64,000 nt of DNA, taken from NCBI GenBank assembly GCA_965203175.1, contig OZ241867.1:2560001-2624000 (forward strand), in the 5' to 3' direction. The notes beneath the pieces are model-generated. The model was not told where the DNA came from, did not search any database, and saw only the letters and a list, made by a program, of their open reading frames with translations. The translations under genes and the position numbers were made by a program. Origin of the DNA: Candidatus Latescibacterota bacterium. GTDB lineage: Bacteria > Latescibacterota > UBA2968 > UBA8231. This document shows, in pieces, positions 1 through 9,302 of the stretch (position 1 is the first letter of the stretch; every line of letters begins with the position of its first letter).

Positions 1-858
1 GGCCTGGATCTTGAACGACTGTTCGACGATGTGCTCGTGATCCGACATTCGCGCTTTCTTTAGGGCGTGCTCGGTCAGCGGCAGATAGTAATGGGTCTCG
101 GCGTTGGCTTTGATAAAGCCCTCGGCGTAAGCGCACCCGGCGGCTGTGCCGAAGGCTCCGTCGCTGGTCTCGATCCGCTTGCGCGCATACGCCCCGCCGT
201 AGCCTTGGCTTTCTAGGCAATCCAATGCCGCCAGCTTCTTGGCAACCACGTCGGTAATGTCGATAAAGACGTCGTTGTAGTAGCCGCCTTCCGAATCCCA
301 GACACTGCGCGGAATTGACGCAGCCCCGGTGCCGAAATAGAAAACTTGGGCGACTCGGTGCGGTGGACGGCTGTCGCCGGGATCTACCCCATAGGCGAGC
401 GCGAGCGCGTGGAGGACGATTTGCCCGCAGACGGCATGGGCGTTGGTCAGCCCATCGCCCTCCTTGGGAAAGTGGGTCAGCACTACATCCGGTCGGAGTT
501 CGCGCACCAGCCGCGCTAGGCGGCGCACCGCTTCCTCGGTAACCCGCAACACGGCGTCGTCGGCTCCGAAAAAGTGGATTTCCTCGACGCCGAGCAGGGC
601 ACAGGCTCGCCGCACCTCGTCGGCTTTGACATCGGCGCGCTCGGCCATCAGCTCTGTTAGTTGGTCGGCTTGCGGGACTTCTGCCCGGTGGAACATCTCG
701 TCGCTGATCACCTTGTCGTGGACTCTCGCTCCGTGCGTGAGTACCACGCAGCCGACCCAGTCGCCGCGGGTGACGTGATGGGCCATGGTGCCGCCTGACT
801 GATCGAATATATCGGCCGGATGCGCGCCGATGGACAACAGTCGCAGAGTATCGCTCAT
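1..858 (-). CDS. PIG-L/LmbE family deacetylase (3' end runs off window)
   Basis: Manual translation from ATG at 858: MSDTLRLLSIGAHPADIFDQSGGTMAHHVTRGDWVGCVVLTHG...EVRRACALLGV...RELRPDVVLTH...FIDITDVVAKKLAALDCLESQ...YAEGF, a PIG-L fold pattern; absent from the ORF track because there is no stop in the window. Confidence 0.8.
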   Translation of the reverse strand, partial: MSDTLRLLSIGAHPADIFDQSGGTMAHHVTRGDWVGCVVLTHGARVHDKVISDEMFHRAEVPQADQLTELMAERADVKADEVRRACALLGVEEIHFFGADDAVLRVTEEAVRRLARLVRELRPDVVLTHFPKEGDGLTNAHAVCGQIVLHALALAYGVDPGDSRPPHRVAQVFYFGTGAASIPRSVWDSEGGYYNDVFIDITDVVAKKLAALDCLESQGYGGAYARKRIETSDGAFGTAAGCAYAEGFIKANAETHYYLPLTEHALKKARMSDHEHIVEQSFKIQA

Positions 859-887
859 GTTCGGTTCCTTTCGCGTTTTGTTCGCAT

Positions 888-2168
888 TCACGCCGAGACC
901 ACGACTGGCACTCGGTGAATGACGTTGCCGAGGTAGCCTTTGGGGTTCCAAGGCTGGCGGAAAGGCTGGGCGTTGCCCGCATCGTCAAACGCCCGCGCCC
1001 AGATTTCGTAGTAGCCCTTGCTCGCAAAGGTTAGCTCGGCGCTCCAACTATACCAAGCGTATTTATTGGCTGGCGGGGTCAGCTCGGCCTCTTGCCACTG
1101 GATGCCGAGGTCGGTGGAGATGAGCACCTTGGCCACGCTGCGTTCGCCGGCCCAAGCGTGTCCGCTAGCGCTGAGTGGAACGCCCGCTTGGACGGTCGCG
1201 TTGGCTTGCGGCGCGGTGATGAGCGACTTGACGACCCACGAGGTAGCAATGACCATGTCGGCTTCCGGCGGCGGTTTCCCCGGTTCCACCGGATAGGCTG
1301 GAACGCGGTAGGAATAGCCGGTCATTTTATCGGAGTCGTGGACGGTGTCGCGCACCCAGATGCGGTTGAGCCACTTCTGCATGGAGCTGCCGATCCAACC
1401 CGGAACGAGCAAGCGCGCTGGGAAGCCGTGGGCCGCCGGCAGTGGCTCGCCGTTCATTTTGAGCGCGATTAACGTGTGCTCGTCCATGGCTTTCTCGATG
1501 GGAATGCCTCGCGAAAACGGAGGGTCGTCCTCGCCGTAGTTGGCGAGGTACACGGCTTTCTCGGTTACTTCGGCCGCTTGTAACACGTCGCGCAAGCGCA
1601 CGCCCGTCCACTCGCTACAGGCGACTGCTCCGCGAATCCACTGTGTACCGCCCACCGTGGGTGCGAATGAGCTACGACCGTTTCCGGCGCATTCTAATAC
1701 TACCTTCAGCGTGACTTGCGGTAGGCTGTGCAAATCGTCCAGTGAGAAGGCGCGTTGGCTGCGGACTTCGCCGTCAACGGTCAGGCTCCAGCCTTGGGCG
1801 TCTTGGCTTAGGGCGCGCTCGGGGATGCTGCCGTTGTTGCGTACGAAATGGCGTGCGGTCGGCGTGACGTCTGCGGCGAGTAGATGCGGGGGAAACTCGC
1901 CGTTGAACGGGTGTTGCGAGTGGACGATCATGTCTGGCTTGGGCAGACCGACCGCTGCTGCGCTGACCCCGTTTCCCTCCGGCTGAACGGGTCCCTCGCT
2001 ACAGCTTGGGCCAGCGCCAAAGACGCCGAGGCCAGCTAGCGCGGCTCCCTTGCCTATGGTCGTTAGGAAGTGTCGCCGCGAGGTGATCCGGTCAAAGTGC
2101 GCCAATTCGTCCGCACGCGTCCCGTTTTCCGCTGGCAGGTAGTTTTGTTCGTAGTTTGATTCAGGCAT
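888..2168 (-). CDS. Tat-exported sulfite oxidase family molybdoenzyme (SorA/SorT-like)
   Basis: SRRHFL twin-arginine signal; FVRNNG, LECAGNGR (Mo-ligand Cys), WTGVRLRDVL, HGFPARLLVPGWIG, PWNPKGY. Confidence 0.9.
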   Translation of the reverse strand: MPESNYEQNYLPAENGTRADELAHFDRITSRRHFLTTIGKGAALAGLGVFGAGPSCSEGPVQPEGNGVSAAAVGLPKPDMIVHSQHPFNGEFPPHLLAADVTPTARHFVRNNGSIPERALSQDAQGWSLTVDGEVRSQRAFSLDDLHSLPQVTLKVVLECAGNGRSSFAPTVGGTQWIRGAVACSEWTGVRLRDVLQAAEVTEKAVYLANYGEDDPPFSRGIPIEKAMDEHTLIALKMNGEPLPAAHGFPARLLVPGWIGSSMQKWLNRIWVRDTVHDSDKMTGYSYRVPAYPVEPGKPPPEADMVIATSWVVKSLITAPQANATVQAGVPLSASGHAWAGERSVAKVLISTDLGIQWQEAELTPPANKYAWYSWSAELTFASKGYYEIWARAFDDAGNAQPFRQPWNPKGYLGNVIHRVPVVVSA

Positions 2169-2195
2169 AGATGATTTCTCCAGTCTATGGAGTCC

Positions 2196-2843
2196 TCACT
2201 TGAACAAGCTCTTGCGGCCTATTCTGCTGCACAACAGGCACTCGGCCGGCTGGTGGCCGCGCGCTGGGCAGTGCTCGCGGCCAAAGTAGATGATTTGTAG
2301 GTGCAAGTCGTTCCAGCGCTCTTGGGGAAAAAGGCGCTTGCAGTCCCGTTCCGTTTGCTCAACGTTCTTTCCGGTGGATAGTCCCCAGCGGTAGATCAGC
2401 CGATGGATGTGGGTATCCACGGGAAAGGTCGGCACGCCGAAGTTCTGCGCGAGCACGACCTGCGCGGTCTTGTGCCCCACCCCAGGCAGGCGTTCGAGCG
2501 CGGCCAGATCGGGCGGAACTTGGCCGCTGTGTTCGGCGAGCAGGATTTGCGACAGTTCCCAGATGGCCTGCGACTTGCGCGGAGCCAGTCCGCAAGGGCG
2601 AATGATCTGCTCGATCTCTGCCACGGCCAGTTCGGCCATGCGCTCGGGCCGGTCGGCGCGGGCAAAGAGCGCGGGCGTTACTTGGTTGACACGCGCATCC
2701 GTGCACTGCGCCGAAAGCAACACGGCAATCAGATGCGTGTAGGGGTCTCGACGCTTGAGCGGGACTGAAGGATTGGGATAGAGCCGCTGGAGTACGTCGA
2801 GGACGATCTGAACTTTGGCCGTGGTTGTTAGCGTAGCACTCAC
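2196..2843 (-). CDS. nth: Endonuclease III
   Basis: LIAVLLSAQCTDARVN, HhH LPGVGHKTA, PVDTHIHR, C-terminal Fe-S Cys cluster; GTG start overlaps the upstream TGA (GTGA). Confidence 0.93.
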   Translation of the reverse strand: MSATLTTTAKVQIVLDVLQRLYPNPSVPLKRRDPYTHLIAVLLSAQCTDARVNQVTPALFARADRPERMAELAVAEIEQIIRPCGLAPRKSQAIWELSQILLAEHSGQVPPDLAALERLPGVGHKTAQVVLAQNFGVPTFPVDTHIHRLIYRWGLSTGKNVEQTERDCKRLFPQERWNDLHLQIIYFGREHCPARGHQPAECLLCSRIGRKSLFK

Positions 2844-3970
2844 TGGTTTCTGGCTGCCGCCCACTGATTTTTCATCTGTTCCATCTCCGCGTTGGGGCGA
2901 ATTTTCCGACTGGTGATTTGATTCTCTGGATCGTACAACCACTGACCCTGGTCGTCGCGGAGGACGGGCAGGCGCTGGGCGACGGCGGGGGGTTCGGCCA
3001 CGCGGGTGGGTTCGGCTGCGTACCAGTAGGCAACGCTGCTCATCTCATTGCAGAGGTGGTTGCCGTGGCCGTGTTCGATGGTGGCCTTGATTTCTCGCTG
3101 GAAGTGAATCGGGTTTTCGAGGTGGTGGACGTACGAAGTTTGGTAGCCGTTGGTGTTTTCTTCGTGGATGGAGGAGCCGTTGCGCAAAAAGGCGTTGTCC
3201 TGCATGCCCCACGCTTGGTTGAGATAGTCCTCGCTCCCGGTGCCGTGCAACTCGGGAGGCCACTTGTAGCCATCGATCCAAATCATGTCGTCGCCCTCGC
3301 CCCACCAAGTGCCCTGAAAGTTGGTGACGCTGATGTTGCAGCCGATGTAGTGGCCGCGGCCTTGGGTCTCCAAGATGACGTAGTTGTTGTCCCAAGCCGT
3401 CTGTTCCTTGTTGACGATGTTGGCCTCCGGCGAGTTAACGCGAATTTCGTGGCCCCAGCCGCCAAAGGGGTTTTCGCGGCGGAACTCCGCGTGGAAGTAC
3501 CCGGACTCGCTCGGCACGTCGCCGGTTTCGTAATCGACGTAGAAGTACTGGCGGTGCCGCTCGCTGCTTTCGTTGACTAGTTCGACGACTGCGCGTTGGC
3601 GGAAGGGCATTTGTGCGTACGCGTTGAGGGCGCAGCCGGTGTTAAAAACATTGTTGCTGCGCGTCGAGGCCGAAAAGAGCAGGGATTGGTAGGAGTTGAC
3701 GATGCCGTGGCCGAGGCCGAAGAAATCGCCCAAAGGGCACACCACGCTGGGAGAATCTGCGTCGTCCCAAGTGATCTTGAGCAAGCACTCTCGATAGTGG
3801 TTGGCTTGGGTCAGCCACAGGTGGGTGATGCGGCCGGGGCCTTTGATGTCGGCGAGGACTGCGCTCTCGCCGGGTTCGATCCACCAGGCGTCGCTGTTGC
3901 GGCCGGTTTCTTCCCAGGACGAGGCGCGCCCGGTCTGGGCGCTGCGGAGATAGGCGAGTTGGTCGAGCAT
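2840..3970 (-). CDS. DUF2961 / GH172 family glycoside hydrolase
   Basis: GPGRITHLWLT, PLGDFFG, WWGEGDDMIWIDG, HGTGSEDY, TIEHGHGN, SSVAYWY; ATG at 3970. Confidence 0.88.
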   Translation of the reverse strand: MLDQLAYLRSAQTGRASSWEETGRNSDAWWIEPGESAVLADIKGPGRITHLWLTQANHYRECLLKITWDDADSPSVVCPLGDFFGLGHGIVNSYQSLLFSASTRSNNVFNTGCALNAYAQMPFRQRAVVELVNESSERHRQYFYVDYETGDVPSESGYFHAEFRRENPFGGWGHEIRVNSPEANIVNKEQTAWDNNYVILETQGRGHYIGCNISVTNFQGTWWGEGDDMIWIDGYKWPPELHGTGSEDYLNQAWGMQDNAFLRNGSSIHEENTNGYQTSYVHHLENPIHFQREIKATIEHGHGNHLCNEMSSVAYWYAAEPTRVAEPPAVAQRLPVLRDDQGQWLYDPENQITSRKIRPNAEMEQMKNQWAAARNQ

Positions 3971-3983
3971 GAAGCGTTCCTTT

Positions 3984-5198
3984 CTAAGCCTTGAGTTTGC
4001 CTTCTTTTTGCACCTGTTCATAAATCCGGGCGAATTCTTCCGAGCCGTCGTCGTTCCAGACCTCGGTGCGCACGCCGCGCACATTGCCCTCGACAAATCC
4101 GGTCAGTCGCTCGACCGCCGGGATGCTCGGGGTGTAGTACGTGGTGCCGCCGGGCAGGTGCAAGACGCCGACGTGGCGCGGCAGTTCGCTCTTGGGCCGC
4201 GCAGCTAGCTCTGTCAATATGCGCTCATCGACTTCCACGCCTAGCCCCGGCCCCTCGGGCACTGGCGTGCTGCCTTCGCTGACTTCGAGGCGGTCGCCGG
4301 TCACATCCTCCGCGTATTGGTCGTCTAAGTTGGTCGAATGCGAGACATTGGGAATGACCGCGGCCAAGTGCATGGCCATGGCCTTGCACAGGGTGCCGCC
4401 GGTGAGCTGGACCACGGTCGAAACCCCGGCCGCCGCCGCGGCCAAGCCCCGGCGGATGGATTGGCCAATGCCCATTTCGCCGATCATGTAGAGATCGGCC
4501 ACATCCCGCTGAATCTCCGGGCCGCCGCCGAGTTGCGGCACGTGCATCAAAAGCGGCAGGGAGGTCTTGGAACGCAACAGACGCCAGCCCTCGATGTCGT
4601 AGGGGTAGAGCGGATCTTCTAAGAAGCCGACGACTGGAAATTTTTCCAGCTCATCGACGATGCGCAACACGGCTGTAGCGGGCCGATTGTGGTTGAAGTC
4701 CCAGTGGACCTTAAAGCCAGTCGGCGCGACTTCTTGGGCGGCGCGCGTCTGCTCGATCACGTCGTGCTGTTCGGCCGAGTGCATCTTGAAGATGGTGTAG
4801 CCCTCTTGGGCGGCGCGCTGGATTTCGCTGGCGAAGTCCTCGGGGGCCGCGGGCCGGGTCCACGCCGCCACGGGTACGCGGTCGCGGACCTTTTGGCCCA
4901 TCAGTTTGTACGCCGGCTCTTCGATGGCCTTGCCCATGGCGTCGTACAGTGCCCCCATCAAGCCGGCGCTGAGCGCGCCAGCGACGTAGTTGAACGGCGA
5001 TTGGTCGATCATGCCCGCGATTTGCTGCTCGGAGAGCGAGACGTGACCGCGCTCGTCGCCGTAGCCGACGACGCCGTTGTCGAGAGTTACGCGGAAGACG
5101 GTCTGGGTGTCGATGCCGGAGAAGCGGACTTCGTGACCTTGGTAGCGGTCGCAGAGGCGCGGATTGATGTGGAAGAATTCGACGTTGGTGATTTTCAT
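3984..5198 (-). CDS. Mandelate racemase/muconate lactonizing (enolase superfamily) enzyme, probable acid-sugar dehydratase
   Basis: ALYDAMGK...YKLMGQKVRDRVP, WDFNH, LEDP, PEGPGLGVEVDE. Confidence 0.8.
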   Translation of the reverse strand: MKITNVEFFHINPRLCDRYQGHEVRFSGIDTQTVFRVTLDNGVVGYGDERGHVSLSEQQIAGMIDQSPFNYVAGALSAGLMGALYDAMGKAIEEPAYKLMGQKVRDRVPVAAWTRPAAPEDFASEIQRAAQEGYTIFKMHSAEQHDVIEQTRAAQEVAPTGFKVHWDFNHNRPATAVLRIVDELEKFPVVGFLEDPLYPYDIEGWRLLRSKTSLPLLMHVPQLGGGPEIQRDVADLYMIGEMGIGQSIRRGLAAAAAGVSTVVQLTGGTLCKAMAMHLAAVIPNVSHSTNLDDQYAEDVTGDRLEVSEGSTPVPEGPGLGVEVDERILTELAARPKSELPRHVGVLHLPGGTTYYTPSIPAVERLTGFVEGNVRGVRTEVWNDDGSEEFARIYEQVQKEGKLKA

Positions 5199-5231
5199 GG
5201 CGATCTCTCTAGGTTGAGGGGAATGGCGGCT

Positions 5232-6614
5232 TTAGATGCGCAGGATTTTGCCGGGGTTCATCAGGTTGTCCGGGTCGAGTGATTTTTTGATGCGGCGCAT
5301 GACCTCGACGCCCGGGCCACACTCGGCTTCGAGCGCGTCGATTTTGCCCAGGCCGATGCCGTGTTCGCCGGTGCAGGTTCCCCCGGCTTGGAGTGCCCAC
5401 TCGACGATTTGCTCGCCTAGTCGTTGGACCTGTGCTAGTTCCTCGGCGTTGCCCGGTTCGATGAGGCAGACAACGTGGAAGTTGCCGTCGCCGACGTGGC
5501 CGAAGAGCGGCGCGGGAAAGTCGAGGTCGGCCAGCGCGGCTCTCGTCTGGTGGATGCAGCGGGCTAGGGCCGTGATCGGCACGCAGACATCGGTTACGTA
5601 GCCGACTGAGCCGGGGCGGAGTGCGCGCGAGGCGTAATAGGCATCGTAGCGCGCCTGCCACAAGCGTTCGCGTTCGCCCTCGGCCGTGGCCCAGCGGAAG
5701 GGACCGCCGCCCCGCCGAGCTACGTACTCGCCAGCGATTTCAGCTTGTTCGACGACTCCTTTTTCCGTGCCGTGAAATTCAAAAAAGAGCGTTGGTGCCA
5801 CTTCGTAATCGAGGCCCGCGTATTGGTTGCAGGCCTGCATTTGCACTTCGTCGAGCAATTCGAGCCGCGCGACGGGGATCCCCGCACTCAAGACGTCAAT
5901 GGCTGCGGCGACGGCGGTGTCGAGGTCGGCAAAAGGGCAGACGGCTGCGGAGATGGCCGCTGGCAGCTTGGCTAGGCGCAGAGTCACTTCGGTGATAAGG
6001 GCCAGCGTACCTTCGGTGCCGACGAGTAGGGCGGTCAGGTCGTAGCCTGCCGAGGATTTGCGCGCGCGTCCGCCCGCTTCGACGATGGTGCCATCGGCGA
6101 AGACGGCCTTGAGGCCCAAGACATTGTCGCGCATGGTGCCGTAGCCGACCGCGGCGCTGCCCGAGGCGCGGGTGGCGGCCATGCCGCCCAAGGAGGCGTC
6201 AGCGCCGGGATCGACGGGGAAGTGCAGGCCGGTATCTTGTGCTTGGAGGTGTTCGTTGAGCTGTTGGCGGGTGACGCCGGCTTCGACTGTTGCATCCATG
6301 TCGGCGGTACTGACGTGGAGGATGCGGTTCATGCGCGAGAGATCGACGCACAGGCCGCCGCGCACGGCGACAATGCCGCCTTCGACGGCCGTGCCGGTGC
6401 CAAAGGGCACGATTGGCACTTGGTGCGCGGTGCAGATCTGGGCGATTTGGGCTACTTCGTCAACGCTTGTGGGAAAGGCTACGGCCTGCGGCGGTTGCGG
6501 GGCGTGGTAGGAGGCGTCGGCAGCGTGGGCGCGGCGCACCTCAGAGGTCTCATTCAGACGTGGGCCGAGGAAAGCGGCCAGCGCCGACAGGGCTTGGGGG
6601 GCTATGGGTTTCAT
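5232..6614 (-). CDS. FAD-linked oxidase, D-lactate dehydrogenase/GlcD family
   Basis: PFGTGTAVEGG, VDPGADASLGGMAATRASG, RKSSAGYDLT, GHVGDGNFH, TGEHGIGLGK, DPDNLMNPGK. Confidence 0.92.
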   Translation of the reverse strand: MKPIAPQALSALAAFLGPRLNETSEVRRAHAADASYHAPQPPQAVAFPTSVDEVAQIAQICTAHQVPIVPFGTGTAVEGGIVAVRGGLCVDLSRMNRILHVSTADMDATVEAGVTRQQLNEHLQAQDTGLHFPVDPGADASLGGMAATRASGSAAVGYGTMRDNVLGLKAVFADGTIVEAGGRARKSSAGYDLTALLVGTEGTLALITEVTLRLAKLPAAISAAVCPFADLDTAVAAAIDVLSAGIPVARLELLDEVQMQACNQYAGLDYEVAPTLFFEFHGTEKGVVEQAEIAGEYVARRGGGPFRWATAEGERERLWQARYDAYYASRALRPGSVGYVTDVCVPITALARCIHQTRAALADLDFPAPLFGHVGDGNFHVVCLIEPGNAEELAQVQRLGEQIVEWALQAGGTCTGEHGIGLGKIDALEAECGPGVEVMRRIKKSLDPDNLMNPGKILRI

Positions 6615-6793
6615 GGGGCGGTAATATGCCCAACGGCTGGAGGGCCGTCAAAAAAGGCGATCATCAAATGCTTAGGTGGGTAAGGAGCGCCGATTATAGA
6701 GCAGAGGATAACTCCCGTTCAGAGGTCACTTCTGGACGGCTCGGTGCCTTTTTCGCATTATCGTTTTCCACCTCTAACCGGAGCCTAAACAAA

Positions 6794-7168
6794 ATGTCGA
6801 ACCCCCTTCTCAGCGCCGCCGAGACCCGCCAGAACCGCGTAGACGAATCGTGGGGCCATCTGACTTGGTTGGCGGGCCGTCCGCAGGGCAATGTCGAGGG
6901 CCTCACGTTGGGCCGCGTCGTCCTCAAAGCTGGTCAAGCCAACCCGCGTCACTCTCACCCCAATTGCGAAGAAGTGCTCTATTTGCTCGCTGGCCGCGTA
7001 GAGCACAGCTTAGGCGACCAGTCTTTTACGCTGGAAGCTGGCGATACGCTCGCCATCCCAGCCGGCGTTTTCCACAACGGAATTAGCCTCGGCCCCGAGG
7101 ACGCGGATATGATCGTGGCTTACTCGGAAGGCGATCGTCAATTCGTCTTGGAAGAGGACGGCTCGTGA
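6794..7168 (+). CDS. Cupin domain protein
   Basis: HSHPNCEEVLYLLAG and GDTLAIPAGVFH cupin motifs; ATG at 6794. Confidence 0.85.
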   Translation: MSNPLLSAAETRQNRVDESWGHLTWLAGRPQGNVEGLTLGRVVLKAGQANPRHSHPNCEEVLYLLAGRVEHSLGDQSFTLEAGDTLAIPAGVFHNGISLGPEDADMIVAYSEGDRQFVLEEDGS

Positions 7169-7340
7169 CCCGCAACGGCTATCAACACATGGTGTTCGAA
7201 TACTACGTCGGCCGTCTGCGACCGTTGCGTGCGGCCCGTCGTTAGCCCTTGCAGTCCATGCCGAGCCGCCGTCTGCGTGCTCAACTGAAAGAGCTGGGGT
7301 TGACCAAGATAGTCTGGACAAAGCCTAACCGCGCACTGCG

Positions 7341-8066
7341 ATGGACGTCTATACCCAAGCTGACCTACAGAGCCATTTAGAGGCCCTCGGAGTCGAAGCG
7401 GGGGATATGCTCTTTATCCATTCCTCGTTCAAAAGCTTGGGGCCTGTCGCCGGTGGAGCGCAGACTGTGGTCGGTGCGCTCCAGGCAGCAGTCGGCCCCG
7501 ACGGGCTTATCCTGATGCCCTCGTTCCACCTGATAGAGCGGAGTGAACGAGCGCGCCGTTGGGACTGGGCGACTACCCGTTCGACCGTGGGGTGGCTGAC
7601 CGAGTTCTTTCGCTGTTTACCCGATACTTATCGCTCGGATCATTACTCTCACTCGGTAGCGGCCCGAGGGTGTGGCGCGGCGGATTTCGTTGCAGATCAC
7701 TTACGCCAGGAGGGCCATACGTCGCCTTGGGACTTGGCTCCTTGGGGACGGACCTATGGCACTCACTCGCCCATGTTCCGCGCCTATCGACGCGGCGGCA
7801 AAATTCTCATGCTGGGCGTCGATTACCAGACTTCTACCTACATCCATCTGGTCGAAGTGCTCTACTGGCATCACTTGCGCCGAACCGATCCCCAAGCCGC
7901 TTATCCCGCTTTGGACCGCCCTCGTCTAGGGGACTTTTGGGATGCTACTGGTCCGCTGACACGGGGCCTCGTCGGCGCGTCTCCGTGCCGACTTTTTGCC
8001 ATAGATACGTATGTCGATACTCTGCTGGCCGAGGTCGTGGCAAACCCCGAACGCTATTTGGCCTGA
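7341..8066 (+). CDS. AAC(3)/YokD family N-acetyltransferase (Antibiotic_NAT)
   Basis: LGVEAGDMLFIHSSFKSLG, LILMPSF, RSDHYSHSVAARG, GGKILMLGV...STYIHLVE. Confidence 0.85.
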   Translation: MDVYTQADLQSHLEALGVEAGDMLFIHSSFKSLGPVAGGAQTVVGALQAAVGPDGLILMPSFHLIERSERARRWDWATTRSTVGWLTEFFRCLPDTYRSDHYSHSVAARGCGAADFVADHLRQEGHTSPWDLAPWGRTYGTHSPMFRAYRRGGKILMLGVDYQTSTYIHLVEVLYWHHLRRTDPQAAYPALDRPRLGDFWDATGPLTRGLVGASPCRLFAIDTYVDTLLAEVVANPERYLA

Positions 8067-8080
8067 CTCTGACTGCCGGA

Positions 8081-8872
8081 TCAGACTCGCATCCGCAGCA
8101 TGGGGCGGCCAAAAGACACTTCGAGGAATTCTCCGGTGTGCGCCGAGCGCGTGCCAGGGGGCATGAAGTGGATGACAAAGGCGCGGCGCTGGCGGTCGGT
8201 TTGGTTGGATGGGGTGTAGTGGAGGGTTTGGCAGTGGTGGAAGAGCGCGCCGCCTGCGGGCAGGTCGATGACGGCGGCGTGGGCTGCATCGACTTGGTCG
8301 CCGTAGTCGAGCAAGGCACTGGTCTGCTCTGAGCGCTCGTGCCCGACGGGTGTCAGGTGCGATTCGGGCAGCAGGTGCATGGCACCGTTGGTCACATCGA
8401 CGTCGTCGAGCGTCATCCAGCAGCTAACCAAGTTGGCCGGCATACATTTCCAGTAGGCGTTGTCTTGGTGCCAAAAGACGGGGCCGCCGTGGTGGGCGGG
8501 TTTGTAGAGGGCTTGGTCGTGGAAGAGCTGGATGTTCGGGCCGATGAGATCTTCGGCAATGTCGAGGATGCGGGTGTCGTAGAGCAGTTGTCGGAAGTGG
8601 ATACTGCGCTCGCACATTTGCATGATCTGCAACATCTGCTCGTCGGCGTTGTTTTTTTCGTCGAGGTCGTCGGTGTCGCTGATGGACAGGTTGCGGAAGC
8701 GCCCGTTCTGGCGCGCCTCGGCAAAGAGGCGATCGTATTCATCGCGCAGCGAGGCGACGAGGTCGTCGTCTAGCAGCTTGCCGATGATGATGAAGCCGCG
8801 GCGGCGGAATAGGTCAATCTGCTCTTGGTCGAGGGCTTTGTGGAGTTGGGTAACGGGCGGGGCTGTGGTCAT
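8081..8872 (-). CDS. Phytanoyl-CoA dioxygenase (PhyH) family Fe/2OG oxygenase
   Basis: KPAHHGGPVFWHQD, WMTLDDVDVTNGAM, TLHYTPSNQTDRQRR. Confidence 0.9.
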   Translation of the reverse strand: MTTAPPVTQLHKALDQEQIDLFRRRGFIIIGKLLDDDLVASLRDEYDRLFAEARQNGRFRNLSISDTDDLDEKNNADEQMLQIMQMCERSIHFRQLLYDTRILDIAEDLIGPNIQLFHDQALYKPAHHGGPVFWHQDNAYWKCMPANLVSCWMTLDDVDVTNGAMHLLPESHLTPVGHERSEQTSALLDYGDQVDAAHAAVIDLPAGGALFHHCQTLHYTPSNQTDRQRRAFVIHFMPPGTRSAHTGEFLEVSFGRPMLRMRV

Positions 8873-8942
8873 TTGTATTCTCCTGATGAGGCGTGCAAAT
8901 TAACAAGGGTAGTAGCGGATCACAACCGGTTAATGGGCCGCA

Positions 8943-9302
8943 TCACTCCACGTACACGACCACTTCCTCTCCTTCGCGCCCTGCCTCGTACGTCTTCACC
9001 CGCATGGTTTCGTCGTACAGCGCCTGCCCGGTGGCCAAGTCGAATTCCCACTGGTGCCAGGGGCACTTGAGCACCAAGCCCTCTTGCTGATAGTCGATCT
9101 GATACACGCCTGGCGACACGACCAAGGGCCGCAACCGGCCCCGGCACAAGGGACCGTTTTTGTGCGGACAGCTATTGCGCAGGGCGTAGTAGCGACCTCC
9201 GATGTTGAAGACGCCGATTTCTCTGTTGTCCACGCTGACGATCTTGCGCGCTCCAGTGGGCAGTTCCTCGGCCCGGGCGACTACGTAGCGCTTAGAAGCC
9301 AT
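8943..9302 (-). CDS. Rieske [2Fe-2S] ferredoxin
   Basis: CPHKNGPL...CPWHQWEFDLATG; ATG at 9302 overlaps the end of the amidohydrolase gene. Confidence 0.9.
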   Translation of the reverse strand: MASKRYVVARAEELPTGARKIVSVDNREIGVFNIGGRYYALRNSCPHKNGPLCRGRLRPLVVSPGVYQIDYQQEGLVLKCPWHQWEFDLATGQALYDETMRVKTYEAGREGEEVVVYVE

